Shown here: positions 27,441 through 37,540 of the stretch, piece after piece | How the letters are laid out: every line of letters starts with the position of its first letter | Numbering within the stretch: the first letter of the stretch is position 1 | Assembly: GCA_900316715.1 (NCBI GenBank) | Contig: ONEC01000002.1 | Location: 1,534-65,533 of the forward strand | Origin: an uncultured Eubacteriales bacterium | GTDB lineage: Bacteria; Bacillota; Clostridia; Lachnospirales; Lachnospiraceae | Reading direction: 5' to 3' | DNA: 64,000 bases | Position numbers and translations under genes: made by a program | Notes under the pieces: model-generated | What the model was told of the DNA's origin: nothing | The model's input: the letters and a program-made list of their open reading frames with translations, nothing else | Databases searched by the model: none

Positions 27441-27712
27441 AAAACCACGCGGCTGAGACTTCGAAATGCCTCAATAAGCGTTACCTTGGCAGTTAACTCA
27501 GCCCAGGCGCCCTCACGGCGCACAGAGAAATCCTACTTAGTGCTGCTTTGTTCCCAACCTGACACGGTTCGCAGGCACCTGTCGCGTAAGACCCAGACAT
27601 CAACATCACTTACCAAGGGCAGCCAAACTGAAACACCCCTCGGACCAGCCATCACCCCTGCTATAGCGGATTGCAGGTACAGGGCACCGCTAACTCCCCG
27701 GCTGCGTGGTTT
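27441..27712 (-). ncRNA. ffs: Signal recognition particle RNA, long Bacillus type (scRNA, ~270 nt)
   Basis: Minus strand contains the domain IV core GUGUCAGGUUGGGAACAAAGCAGCACUAAG and the Alu-domain stretch AGCGGUGCCCUGUACCUGCAAUCCGCUAUAGCAGGG, nearly identical to B. subtilis scRNA as I recall it. The 5' AACCACGC pairs with the 3' GCGUGGUU, followed by UUU. Position downstream of tadA matches Bacillus synteny. Confidence 0.9.
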
Positions 27713-27716
27713 CTCT

Positions 27717-27745
27717 AGTATAACCAAGTCTGGAATTCATGTCAA
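27717..27745 (-). promoter_or_regulatory. Sigma-A promoter of the SRP RNA gene
   Basis: Minus strand reads TTGACA, a 17-nt spacer, then TATACT, ending about 5-7 nt before the predicted 5' end of the RNA. Confidence 0.6.
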
Positions 27746-27780
27746 GGTTTTTCCCGTTATAAAACCCGCCTGTTATCCCG

Positions 27781-28248
27781 TCAGGCCTGAATCTTTCCGG
27801 CTCTCAGATCAGCGAAAAATCCCTTCATCAGGCTGCTGCACTCCTCTTCCAGAACACCCTTTGTAATATCGACCCTATGATTAAATCCATCCATGTTGAG
27901 AAGATTGATAACCGAACCCGCACAGCCTGCCTTTGGATTCATGCATCCTATCACAACTTCCGGAATACGGGCCTGAAGTATGGCTCCCGCACACATCTGG
28001 CAGGGTTCAAGTGTCACATACATCCTGCACTCCTCCAGACGCCAGTCTCCCATGATCTTACTGGCCTTCTTTATGGCAAGTATCTCAGCATGGGCAAGGG
28101 TAGTCTTGTCCTTGTTACGCCTGTTATAGCCTCTTCCTATTATCTTATCCTGATATACAATTACACAGCCTATGGGAACATCCCCGTTCTGATAGGCCTT
28201 CTTTGCGAGTTTTATGGCCTCGCGCATATATTTTTCATCTTTATCCAT
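27781..28248 (-). CDS. tadA: tRNA adenosine(34) deaminase
   Basis: HAEILAI and TLEPCQMCAGAI zinc motifs. 155 aa. Confidence 0.95.
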   Translation of the reverse strand: MDKDEKYMREAIKLAKKAYQNGDVPIGCVIVYQDKIIGRGYNRRNKDKTTLAHAEILAIKKASKIMGDWRLEECRMYVTLEPCQMCAGAILQARIPEVVIGCMNPKAGCAGSVINLLNMDGFNHRVDITKGVLEEECSSLMKGFFADLRAGKIQA

Positions 28249-28281
28249 AACCGACTATCCTCTGAACTTATGTCCTGTGCC

Positions 28282-29283
28282 TTACAGCACCAGTATCACT
28301 TCCGTACCTTCACCCTCTTCAGACTGAATCTCCATATCATGCTCCAGTCTTCTGCAGAGCTTTCTGCACAGATAGAGTCCCAGGCCTGTTGAAGCCTTGC
28401 CGGCTCTTCCGTTGGTACCTGTAAAGCCCTTATCAAATACACGTCCCAGCTCGGCTTTCTTTATGCCGCAGCCGTTATCCTTTATATGAAGCCTCGTCCG
28501 TCCATCCTCTTCAGCAAGAAATACAGACAATTTCAGCTGTTCGTCCTCTTTAGCGTACTTGATGCTGTTATCTATGATCTGCCCGATAATAAAGCCGAGC
28601 CACTTTCCATCACTCTTTACAGCCTTCGCCGGTTCCAGATCATGAATATCCATGGCCGCTCTCATGGAAATGAGAGTCTTCTTCCTCTTTTTTATGCAGT
28701 CCCTTACTATTCCGGCAATATCCACTTCCTTTATAAAGTAGTCCTTCTCGACCTCTGCACTTCTGGAATAGAACAGCGCCTGCTCCACATAACCTTCTAT
28801 CCTGTCTATCTCAACATCGATGTCACTGCTTCCCACCGGGTCTTCCCTGTGATTCTCCATGATCATCTTCGAAGTTGATATAGGAATCTTCACCTCATGT
28901 ACCCATGTCTCTATATATTCCTTATATTCTTCCAGACTCCTCTTATATCCAGCCACATTGTTGCACATGGATAATTCAGCCTCATTCAGGATATCATGGA
29001 GCTGCTGCTCAACCTGTGAACCCGCCTCCTTCATAACCTCCGGAATGAGATACTTCTTATCCAGGCCGTCCATAATGGTTTTCGTTCCTTCGAAGATCTT
29101 CTTCAATCTGAGATAATCCACATAAAGGCACACAAAAAAGCACAGCACCAGAGCTGCTGTAGCATATAACATAAGATAGACAGATCCCTTAAGAGTCATA
29201 AGGAAAATGTCTATCGAAATAACAAGCAATATGAGTCCCACCAGCCAGTACCAGTGTTCTTTTAAATATTTCCCGAGCTTCAA
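28282..29283 (-). CDS. BceS-type intramembrane-sensing histidine kinase
   Basis: Two N-terminal TM helices with almost no extracellular loop, H-box HEVKIPIS, and N/G boxes (IIDNSIKYA, DNGCGI, GLGLYL). The TTG start overlaps the regulator stop (TTGA). Confidence 0.85.
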   Translation of the reverse strand: MKLGKYLKEHWYWLVGLILLVISIDIFLMTLKGSVYLMLYATAALVLCFFVCLYVDYLRLKKIFEGTKTIMDGLDKKYLIPEVMKEAGSQVEQQLHDILNEAELSMCNNVAGYKRSLEEYKEYIETWVHEVKIPISTSKMIMENHREDPVGSSDIDVEIDRIEGYVEQALFYSRSAEVEKDYFIKEVDIAGIVRDCIKKRKKTLISMRAAMDIHDLEPAKAVKSDGKWLGFIIGQIIDNSIKYAKEDEQLKLSVFLAEEDGRTRLHIKDNGCGIKKAELGRVFDKGFTGTNGRAGKASTGLGLYLCRKLCRRLEHDMEIQSEEGEGTEVILVL

Positions 29284-29990
29284 TTTAATATATACCCCAT
29301 ACCACGTCTCGTGGTCACTGCATTTACTATACCGATCTGCTCCAGCTTGCCCTTGAGCCTCGTCATATTAACTGTAAGAGTATTATCATCAACATAGGCA
29401 TCGTTGTCCCATAAGAAGCTGATGATATCATCTCTGGATACGATCACGCCCTTCTTTCTCACAAGGAGTGTAAGTATCTGGAGCTCATTCTTGGAAAGGA
29501 TCACTTCCTCCCCTTTCTCTCCTTCTATCTTGCCCTTCATAATATCCAGGGTAAATGCATCGCCGCTCTCAAGTTCCACCTTCACAGTGTCAGCGTTTTC
29601 CTGACTCTTATAGGTTCTCTTAAGAACACCTTCCATACGTGCGAGAAGGATTCTCGTATTAAATGGCTTCGGAACAAAATCATCCGCTCCGCTCTGAATA
29701 CTCATGAGCTCAGTAAGCTCGCTGTTATCACTGGTTATCATTATAACCGGCGTAGAAGTCTTATCACGATAAGCCTTGCATATCTTTATTCCGTCAAAAC
29801 CCGGAAGACCTATATCCAGAAGAAGGAGTGACAGCTTATCTTCGATCAGCTTATCTATAAGCTGATCCTCCTTCAGACCTACATATTCAGCCGGTTCTAT
29901 GAACCGGCCGATGTATCCGTTTGACTCCAGGAAGAGTTTAAGTTCTTCTCCCATCTTCATATCGTCTTCAAGAATTCCTATTTTATACAT
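29280..29990 (-). CDS. OmpR-family response regulator (BceR-like)
   Basis: Receiver domain (ILEDD...LLLLDIGLPGFDG...KPF) plus a winged-helix C-terminus (LTVNMTRLKGKL...RGMGY). Confidence 0.9.
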   Translation of the reverse strand: MYKIGILEDDMKMGEELKLFLESNGYIGRFIEPAEYVGLKEDQLIDKLIEDKLSLLLLDIGLPGFDGIKICKAYRDKTSTPVIMITSDNSELTELMSIQSGADDFVPKPFNTRILLARMEGVLKRTYKSQENADTVKVELESGDAFTLDIMKGKIEGEKGEEVILSKNELQILTLLVRKKGVIVSRDDIISFLWDNDAYVDDNTLTVNMTRLKGKLEQIGIVNAVTTRRGMGYILN

Positions 29991-30043
29991 ACCTGAACCT
30001 CTCTGTCCTTCTGAGACAAATGTATTTCATTCCTAATCCGATA

Positions 30044-32077
30044 TTAACCCTTTACTAGTTTCTTACATCCTTCATACGTTGTCAAGAAGTATCCTCCGTA
30101 TACAATTATCATGATGATAAAGGTAAAAAGAATTCCTGAAGTCATATTTACAGTACCTATTGCAGATATAAGTCCCTTAATATATCTGAGTCCGAAGAAG
30201 GCTGTAAATGCCGCCATAACAAGCGGTATCAGATAGTTCATGAGAATCTGAACAAAGAGAGCCTTCTTCCTCATATTCTCACCTGCTCCTATTCTTGAAA
30301 GAATACGGAACTTCTGAACTGAGTCCAGAGAATCGGACATAACCTTAAGAGCTATTATCGCAGCACATGCCACAACAAATACTATTCCGATGTAGAGAAC
30401 AAGAAATACTGTAATAACAGAGGTTCCTACGCTTGCTTCTTTAATCTCTGTTTTTGTTGAGAGTCTGACGCCTGTTTCGCCTTTCTCCAGTTCACCGTTT
30501 GAGGCTCTGTCACTTATCTCCCCTAAAGCAGCCTTAAGCTTTGCATCAATATCCGCCTTTCCCTCTTCTGTCTCGGCATTATAATCTGCTATGACAAGGG
30601 TTGATGAGCATTCCAGCCCGCTGCTTTCTGAATCCACTACTGCGTCCGGTACTATGACCGCTCCCATATCCGCACTCATTCCGGACATAAGGATGAACTC
30701 ATAACATACCTCCTTATATGCCGGGCTGAGCTGATAATCACCGGGTGTAAGTACATTTCCCTGCTCCATTGAAGGATTGATCAGTGTATTAAGAAGATCA
30801 AAATCAGATACCATCGCATACTGATCATCACCCAGCACCAGTTCATCTCTTCCATACATTTTCTCTATCCTGTTGTAATCTGAAAGCTTTATAACATTCT
30901 CATGAGCTGTCCAGTCTGCATACATAAAGGTCTCTTTAGCCTTATCCATAACAGGTGCAACGGTATCACTGATGGTAATGGAATCACCTTCATATACAGG
31001 AATCTGAAGATAGTCTCCTGCCCATTCATTGAGGGGAACCCCCTTCTCCTCTAGGAAGCCTTCCGGATCCGCTGAACTGATCTGCATAGTCACATCTACA
31101 GGAGTCGCATTTCCAAGACGGTTGTTCAGATATGTTCTGATAGAAAAGCCGCTTGAGAAGAGGCACAGTGATATGAATAAAAGCAGTGATATAAGCGCCA
31201 TGGATACAGCAGATGTATTCATATTTCCGCTGAACTGTCTTACAATATATGAATTTAATCCCTTTTTATAAAAGCCTCTTCTCTTCTCCATCAGCTTCTG
31301 GAAGAATCCTGCGAAGGAAGCAAATATTACAAATGTAGCCACGATCAGTATCAAAGAGCAGGCTATAAAGCCATTCTTACTCATATCTTCTCCGAAGAAT
31401 CCCACTTCAATGCATGCTGCAGTAAGTACTGCAAATGATAAGATAAAGAGAACAACGCTTAGCTTTGTATTTCTGATAATCTGCTTCTCACGAGCCTTCT
31501 CGGCATTCATGAGATCTATAAGTTTATATCTTCCGACCATCTTTGTATTAAAGATAAGAATCACAAGGAATATGGCTGCAAAGCAGAGGATTGTGATCAC
31601 AGCTGCCCTGCCTGATATATCGAAGGTATAACCTGTCACATCCACAGCAAACATCTTTGCAACTACGATTGAAAGGAGCTGGGAACCAAAGATTCCTGCT
31701 ATCATACCGATAACCAGTGATACAAAACCAACTACGCAGGTCTCGCTTATAAGTATCTTTGAAACCTTCTTCTTGCCCATTCCAAGAAGCATGTATATTC
31801 CGAATTCCTTCTTACGTCTCTTGATAAGAAATCCATTCGCATATATGATGAGCATTCCCAGAATAACAGCTACTCCCACTGAAACTCCGCCCATAACCGA
31901 TATAAGCATCTGAACGTTTTCATTACCGGACTTTGAAACATCCTCCATAAGTCCCTGGGTGCCTATAGAATTAAACATATAAAATATAGCGACACCGATG
32001 ATAAGCGTGAAGAAGTATACTGAATAATCACTTCTGGACTTTTTTATATTTTTTAAAGCAATCTTAAATGAGTTCAT
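30044..32077 (-). CDS. BceB-type ABC transporter permease (FtsX-like, large extracellular domain)
   Basis: About 677 aa. MNSFKIALKNIKKSRSDY start, 10-TM FtsX duplication with a roughly 200-aa loop between the TM blocks. The ATG at 32077 overlaps the ATPase stop by 14 nt. Confidence 0.85.
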   Translation of the reverse strand: MNSFKIALKNIKKSRSDYSVYFFTLIIGVAIFYMFNSIGTQGLMEDVSKSGNENVQMLISVMGGVSVGVAVILGMLIIYANGFLIKRRKKEFGIYMLLGMGKKKVSKILISETCVVGFVSLVIGMIAGIFGSQLLSIVVAKMFAVDVTGYTFDISGRAAVITILCFAAIFLVILIFNTKMVGRYKLIDLMNAEKAREKQIIRNTKLSVVLFILSFAVLTAACIEVGFFGEDMSKNGFIACSLILIVATFVIFASFAGFFQKLMEKRRGFYKKGLNSYIVRQFSGNMNTSAVSMALISLLLFISLCLFSSGFSIRTYLNNRLGNATPVDVTMQISSADPEGFLEEKGVPLNEWAGDYLQIPVYEGDSITISDTVAPVMDKAKETFMYADWTAHENVIKLSDYNRIEKMYGRDELVLGDDQYAMVSDFDLLNTLINPSMEQGNVLTPGDYQLSPAYKEVCYEFILMSGMSADMGAVIVPDAVVDSESSGLECSSTLVIADYNAETEEGKADIDAKLKAALGEISDRASNGELEKGETGVRLSTKTEIKEASVGTSVITVFLVLYIGIVFVVACAAIIALKVMSDSLDSVQKFRILSRIGAGENMRKKALFVQILMNYLIPLVMAAFTAFFGLRYIKGLISAIGTVNMTSGILFTFIIMIIVYGGYFLTTYEGCKKLVKG

Positions 32078-32834
32078 CCAGTTCCCCTCCAAGTACAGTT
32101 GTAACATCCACTATTCTCTTAAAGAAGTCCTTCCTGTCTTCACCTTCGTCCCTGACAATCTCAGTAAAGATCTTTCCATCCTTGATGAAAATGATACGTC
32201 CCGCATAGCTTGCACTGAAAGCATCATGTGTAACCATGAGAATTGTTGAACCAAGCTCCTTGTTCAGTCCGATAAGGCTGTCCATAAGTGCCTTAGAGGC
32301 TTTTGAGTCAAGTGCTCCTGTGGGCTCATCTGCAAGCACCAGAGACGGATCCGTAACTACAGCTCTTGCCGCAGCCACTCTCTGCTTCTGTCCGCCTGAC
32401 ATTTCCGAAGGGAACTTCTTAAGGATTTCAGAGATGCCCAGCTTCTCAGCTATTTCACTGATCTTTGAATCTATCTCGGACACCTTTACTCCCTTGATAG
32501 AAAGTGCAAGAGCGATGTTTTCCTCTGCTGTCATGGTATCCAGAAGATTAAAGTCCTGGAATATGAATCCCAGTCTGCTGCATCTGAACTCATCCAGCTT
32601 CTTTCCCTTAAGCTCATTAATATCCTGGCCTGCAATAAGAACCTTTCCTGCTGACAGTTTGTCTATAGTTGATATACAGTTAAGCAGTGTTGTCTTTCCG
32701 CTTCCGCTGGCTCCCATTATTCCTACGAATTCGCCTTCCTCTACCGAAAAGCTGAGGCCCTGCAGAGCAGCTGTGACATTTGCCTTATTGCCGTAATATT
32801 TCTCGGCATTAATAACTTCAAGTATCTTTTCCAC
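32064..32834 (-). CDS. BceA-type ABC transporter ATP-binding protein
   Basis: Walker A GASGSGKTT, signature LSGGQKQRV, Walker B LVLADEPT. GGGAGGA lies 8 nt before the GTG at 32834, so the longer ATG ORF was not preferred. Confidence 0.9.
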   Translation of the reverse strand: MEKILEVINAEKYYGNKANVTAALQGLSFSVEEGEFVGIMGASGSGKTTLLNCISTIDKLSAGKVLIAGQDINELKGKKLDEFRCSRLGFIFQDFNLLDTMTAEENIALALSIKGVKVSEIDSKISEIAEKLGISEILKKFPSEMSGGQKQRVAAARAVVTDPSLVLADEPTGALDSKASKALMDSLIGLNKELGSTILMVTHDAFSASYAGRIIFIKDGKIFTEIVRDEGEDRKDFFKRIVDVTTVLGGELDELI

Positions 32835-32955
32835 TGATATTTCCTCCCGGTGATATGTTTCTGTCATGTACGACTTTACCACTCCACCCGTATCCAAACA
32901 ATTTAAAAGCCCTACAAAACCTTACAATGTTGTAAGGTTTCATAAGGCATAAGGT

Positions 32956-33807
32956 TTACAGGCTGTCTGCAAGGAGTGCGAACTGTTGAAGGTTCAGTGC
33001 CTCTCCCCTGATCCTTGTATCTATTCCGAGGTCTGTCAGCACCTCTTCAACTCTTTCTTTCGGTATGTCCAGTTCCTGAGAATTCTTAACTGCATTAAGA
33101 AGAGTCTTACGGCGTTCCATAAATGCAGCTCTTATAAGCTTGAAGAGAAGTTTTTCATCCTTCACCGCCACCGCCGGAGTCTCTCTTCTCTTAAGACGTA
33201 TGACCGCGGAACCCACAGCGGGTCTCGGCATGAAACAGTTTGGCGGTACATTTGCAGCAAGATATGGCTCAGCATAATACTGTACTGCCAGGGACAGGGC
33301 TCCATAGTCCTTTGTTCCCGGACCTGCCTTCATTCTGTCAGCCACTTCCTTCTGGATCATGACTGTCAGGGAATCAAAATGGGATTTACCCTCCAGGAGT
33401 CCCATGATGATAGGTGTCGTAATATAATACGGAAGATTTGCCACCACCTTGAACGGACGTCCTTCGAAGATACTGTCTACATCACATTTAAGGATATCCT
33501 GGTTTATAACCTCTACGTTATCATACTCCGCAAGGGTTTCACCAAGTACCGGGATAAGCTTCTCATCTATCTCGACTGCCACAACACGTCCTGCTGCTTC
33601 GGCCAGATACTGGGTAAGAGTTCCTATTCCAGGGCCTATCTCAAGCACATTATCCTCCGGACCTATCTCGGCAGCTCTGATTATCTTCTCGATAACATGG
33701 CTGTCTATAAGAAAGTTCTGTCCAAAGGATTTCTTAAAACTGAAGTTGTGCTTCTGTATTACCTCTATTGTCTGTTTAGGATTACTTAACTTTAAATTAT
33801 CTTCCAC
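32956..33807 (-). CDS. rsmA: 16S rRNA (adenine1518/1519-N6)-dimethyltransferase
   Basis: FGQNFLID, VLEIGPGIGTLT SAM motif and NLPYYITTPI. The GTG start overlaps the tatD stop by 1 nt. Confidence 0.95.
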   Translation of the reverse strand: MEDNLKLSNPKQTIEVIQKHNFSFKKSFGQNFLIDSHVIEKIIRAAEIGPEDNVLEIGPGIGTLTQYLAEAAGRVVAVEIDEKLIPVLGETLAEYDNVEVINQDILKCDVDSIFEGRPFKVVANLPYYITTPIIMGLLEGKSHFDSLTVMIQKEVADRMKAGPGTKDYGALSLAVQYYAEPYLAANVPPNCFMPRPAVGSAVIRLKRRETPAVAVKDEKLLFKLIRAAFMERRKTLLNAVKNSQELDIPKERVEEVLTDLGIDTRIRGEALNLQQFALLADSL

Positions 33808-34616
33808 TATTTTTCTCCAACATTTCGTATTCTATATAATCTGCAGGCATTGTTCCATGTAATCTCAGCCACCTCTTCCGGTGTGATGCCCTTTATCTCT
33901 GCCAGTTTTTCTATCACATGGATAAGATATCCCGAATAGTTCCTCTCTCCTCTGTGAGGTGACGGTGTAAGATATGGGCAGTCAGTCTCAAGAACTATCC
34001 TGTCCATCGGCATTGCCTCAACGGCGCGTACCAGCTTCTTTGCATTCTTATATGTAACTACTCCGCCTATTCCGAAATACATGCCTGTCTTCATAAGAAT
34101 CTCAGCTGTCTCCCTGGAATATGAGTAGCAGTGTACAACTCCCGGGCTGAGCTCTCTGTCCTTTTTGCCATCTGCAAAATACTCAAGCAGAATATCCACT
34201 GTATCCTCTGCTGCATCTCTTGAATGGATAACAACCGGAAGATTCAGTTCTCCGGCCAGATCAAGCTGCGCCCTGAACCACTTCTTCTGCACATCTCTCT
34301 CCGGATTATCCTCCCAGTAATAGTCCAGTCCTATCTCTCCGATGGCTACGATCTTCTTATTTGCTTCTGCGATACTTCTGAGTCTCTCTATATCGCTGTC
34401 CTTCATATCGCCGCACTCAGCAGGGATGACACCGATTGCCCCATAGAAGAAGTCATACTTCTTCGTAAAGCTGTCAACCACCTCTGAGCTTTTCATGTCA
34501 CAGCCTATATCTGTAACAGCGCATACTCCTGCATTATGTAAACCATCTATGACCTGTTCTCTGTCCTTGTCAAATGCCCTGTCATCATAGTGGGCATGAG
34601 TATCAAAAATTTTCAT
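33807..34616 (-). CDS. tatD: TatD family metal-dependent hydrolase
   Basis: IFDTHAHYDD, GEIGLDYYW, VVIHSRDA and ETDCPYL motifs. Confidence 0.9.
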   Translation of the reverse strand: MKIFDTHAHYDDRAFDKDREQVIDGLHNAGVCAVTDIGCDMKSSEVVDSFTKKYDFFYGAIGVIPAECGDMKDSDIERLRSIAEANKKIVAIGEIGLDYYWEDNPERDVQKKWFRAQLDLAGELNLPVVIHSRDAAEDTVDILLEYFADGKKDRELSPGVVHCYSYSRETAEILMKTGMYFGIGGVVTYKNAKKLVRAVEAMPMDRIVLETDCPYLTPSPHRGERNYSGYLIHVIEKLAEIKGITPEEVAEITWNNACRLYRIRNVGEK

Positions 34617-34733
34617 AGTATCCCTTAATTCCTTGTATTTTTCCTCTCAGTATTTTATAATGATTCAGGTCATAAAACAACTATTTTATGGCACTTCGCA
34701 AGGCGAAGGATTATTACCGCAGGAGGAAGATAA

Positions 34734-35921
34734 ATGATCTCACAATTCTATAAAGAGATGACCGGCAAGGAATCCGTAATCAGAAAGTTTTTCGATTACA
34801 GCAGACAGCGTGCTGCAGAACTTGGTCCGGACAGTGTATATAATTTTTCAATCGGTAATCCATCAGTTCCTGTACCACAGAAATTTACGGATGCCATGAC
34901 AGAGCTTCTTGAGAAGGAGGATCCTGTAAAGCTTCACGGCTACAGCCCTACTCTCGGACAGCCTACCACAAAGGACTGCATAGCAGATTCCCTTAACAGA
35001 CGTTTCGGTATGAACTATACCGGCGCACACATTTTCCCAACATCAGGTGCAGCAGGTGCTCTCAGCCATGCCCTCAGATGTGTGGCAGGACCTAACGATA
35101 CTGTCCTTACATTTGCACCATACTTCCCTGAGTACATTCCTTATGTAACAGGAACAGGTGCATCACTTAAGGTAGTACCTGCAGATACTTCATCATTCCA
35201 GATCAACTTTGAGAAGTTCGAGGAGATGCTTACTCCTTCTGTTGCAGCAGTCCTTATCAATTCACCAAACAATCCTTCGGGAATTGTATATACAACAGAA
35301 ACTATCAAGCGTCTTGCTGCAGTTCTTACTGCAAAGCAGGAAGAGTTCGGTCATGAGATCTTCCTTATCACTGACGAGCCTTATAGAGAACTTGTATTTA
35401 CAGGTGTTGATTCACCTTTCGTATCTGCTTACTATGACAACTCTATCTGCTGCTACTCTTTCAGTAAGTCACTTTCACTTCCTGGAGAACGTATCGGATA
35501 CATGGCAGTTAATCCTAAGGCTAAGGATGCTGAGTACCTTGTTGCCATGGCTGGTCAGATATCACGTTTCACAGGTCATAACTGTCCATCATCTATCATG
35601 CAGCTTGCAATAGAGAAGGTAATCGACGACACCTGTGATCTTTCAATCTATGAGAGAAATGCAGAGCTTCTCTACAATGCTCTTACAAAGATAGGCTATG
35701 AAGTAGTTAAGCCAATGGGTACTTTCTATATGTTCCCTAAGAGCCCTATTCCTGATGCCAACGAATTCTGCTGGAAGGGTGCAAAGGAACTTGGTCTTAT
35801 CATCGTTCCTGGTGATAGTTTTGAATGTCCTGGATACTTCAGAATATCCTACTGTGTACCGACAGAATTAATCGAAAAAGCTATTCCTCTGTTTGAAAAG
35901 CTTTACAACTTCTATAAGTAA
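34734..35921 (+). CDS. Class I/II PLP-dependent aminotransferase
   Basis: 395 aa. NPSNPSG-like SPNNPSG, DEPYRE, and SFSKSLSLPGERIGY (PLP lysine). Confidence 0.85.
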   Translation: MISQFYKEMTGKESVIRKFFDYSRQRAAELGPDSVYNFSIGNPSVPVPQKFTDAMTELLEKEDPVKLHGYSPTLGQPTTKDCIADSLNRRFGMNYTGAHIFPTSGAAGALSHALRCVAGPNDTVLTFAPYFPEYIPYVTGTGASLKVVPADTSSFQINFEKFEEMLTPSVAAVLINSPNNPSGIVYTTETIKRLAAVLTAKQEEFGHEIFLITDEPYRELVFTGVDSPFVSAYYDNSICCYSFSKSLSLPGERIGYMAVNPKAKDAEYLVAMAGQISRFTGHNCPSSIMQLAIEKVIDDTCDLSIYERNAELLYNALTKIGYEVVKPMGTFYMFPKSPIPDANEFCWKGAKELGLIIVPGDSFECPGYFRISYCVPTELIEKAIPLFEKLYNFYK

Positions 35922-35972
35922 TCATCCTGCCTTCGGGTGGTGGGTATAAAATATGAATGTGAGGATATTTTG

Positions 35973-37505
35973 ATGGATGTTACTAATCAGGTAGACAAGG
36001 GACCTAAGCGTTACGCAGGAATCCTTGTTCATCCTACTTCTTTTCCTGGTCCTTATGGAATCGGTGATCTTGGAAAAGGAGCCTATGACTTTATTGACTT
36101 TTTAAAGAATTCAGGTATGACTGCATGGCAGGTTCTGCCGCTGGGACATACAGGCTTCGGTGATTCACCTTATCAGCCTTTCTCTTCCTTCGCAGGTCAG
36201 CCTCTTATAATAAGTATCGATCATCTGAGAAAGTTAAATCTTCTCTATGACAGTGATTTTACAAACATGCCGCAGTGGAATCCTGAAGATATAAGCTACG
36301 GCGATGTAATTGCATTTAAGACTAATCTCCTTCATACAGCTTATGAGAGATTCTGCGATGAATCCGTTGCAGACGGCTTTTCAACCGATGCTGAGATGAT
36401 GGAGGATTATAAGAACTTTATTGAAAAGACCGAATGGCTTGAAGATTATTCACTCTTCATGGCCGGAAAAGATTATCATGAAGGCGCTCCATGGTATCTG
36501 TGGGAGGATTCACTTAAAGCTCCTACAGCTGCAGAGAGAAAGGAATGGATAGCTAAACTCGAGCACGAGATCGGCTACTATAACTTCATCCAGTATCTCT
36601 TTGATAATGAATGGACAGCCCTCAAGAAATACGCCAACGATAACGATATTTCCATCATTGGCGATATGCCTATATTTGTAGCATGGGACAGCGTGGATGT
36701 CTGGGTACATAAGAAACTCTTTATGCTGGATTCTAAGGGTTATCCGACATCTGTTGCAGGTGTACCGCCTGACTATTTCTCAGCTACAGGCCAGCTGTGG
36801 GGCAATCCGCTCTATAACTGGAAAGAGCATAAACGTACTCGTTACGAGTGGTGGTTTAACCGTATAAGACACCAGCTTACACTTACTGATTATGTAAGGA
36901 TCGACCACTTCAGAGGTTTTGATCAGTTCTGGGCAGTTCCTTACGGAGATGAAACAGCTATCAACGGAAAGTGGCTTAAGGCTCCGGGTGAAAACTTCTT
37001 CACCTCCATGGAAGCAACCTTTGGTTATCACATGCCTATCATAGCTGAAGACCTGGGCGAGATAGATCAGTCTGTCATCGACCTCAGAGATAAGTTCGGA
37101 TTCCCGGGCATGAAGGTTCTTCAGTTTGCATTTGAGAATCCAAATGAGAACAACTTCCTGCCTCATAACCACATAAGAAACTGCATCTGCTATACAGGTA
37201 CACATGATAATGATACTACTCTGGGCTGGTACAAGAACTGTTTCGAGGCATCCCGTGATAAGCTGAGACGTTACTTCAGTACAGATGCCAGTGATATCTG
37301 CTGGGTTATGATAAGAGCCTGCTTCGGTTCTGTTGCAAACATGGCTATCGTACCTATGCAGGATGTGCTGGAGCTCGACTCCTGGGCAAGACTTAACAAG
37401 CCTGGAATCGGTGAAGGCAACTGGTCCTGGAGATATAAGCAGGAAGCTATCACTCCACACCTTGAAAAGAGGTTGTTTGAAACCGCAAAAATGTTCGGAA
37501 GATAA
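35973..37505 (+). CDS. malQ: 4-alpha-glucanotransferase (amylomaltase, GH77)
   Basis: AGILVHPTSFPGPYGIGDLG, VRIDHFRGF, IAEDLG and GTHDNDT catalytic motifs. Start placed at the ATG at 35973. Confidence 0.9.
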   Translation: MDVTNQVDKGPKRYAGILVHPTSFPGPYGIGDLGKGAYDFIDFLKNSGMTAWQVLPLGHTGFGDSPYQPFSSFAGQPLIISIDHLRKLNLLYDSDFTNMPQWNPEDISYGDVIAFKTNLLHTAYERFCDESVADGFSTDAEMMEDYKNFIEKTEWLEDYSLFMAGKDYHEGAPWYLWEDSLKAPTAAERKEWIAKLEHEIGYYNFIQYLFDNEWTALKKYANDNDISIIGDMPIFVAWDSVDVWVHKKLFMLDSKGYPTSVAGVPPDYFSATGQLWGNPLYNWKEHKRTRYEWWFNRIRHQLTLTDYVRIDHFRGFDQFWAVPYGDETAINGKWLKAPGENFFTSMEATFGYHMPIIAEDLGEIDQSVIDLRDKFGFPGMKVLQFAFENPNENNFLPHNHIRNCICYTGTHDNDTTLGWYKNCFEASRDKLRRYFSTDASDICWVMIRACFGSVANMAIVPMQDVLELDSWARLNKPGIGEGNWSWRYKQEAITPHLEKRLFETAKMFGR

Positions 37506-37540
37506 GCGGTCTAATCACACATACCCGCAAAGGAGGAAAT

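Noticed and set aside
27486-27866. 126-aa plus-strand ORF (and the 64-aa minus-strand ORF at 27533-27727) in the tadA-downstream region
   Set aside because: Both lie inside the SRP RNA gene. The GC-rich open frames are a by-product of the structured RNA, and neither has an RBS.
32986-33789. Long antisense ORFs opposite well-supported genes (267 aa opposite rsmA; similar cases at 36780-37460, 43137-43976 and 44134-44784)
   Set aside because: Each overlaps a gene with unambiguous conserved motifs on the other strand. None has a recognisable motif or RBS.
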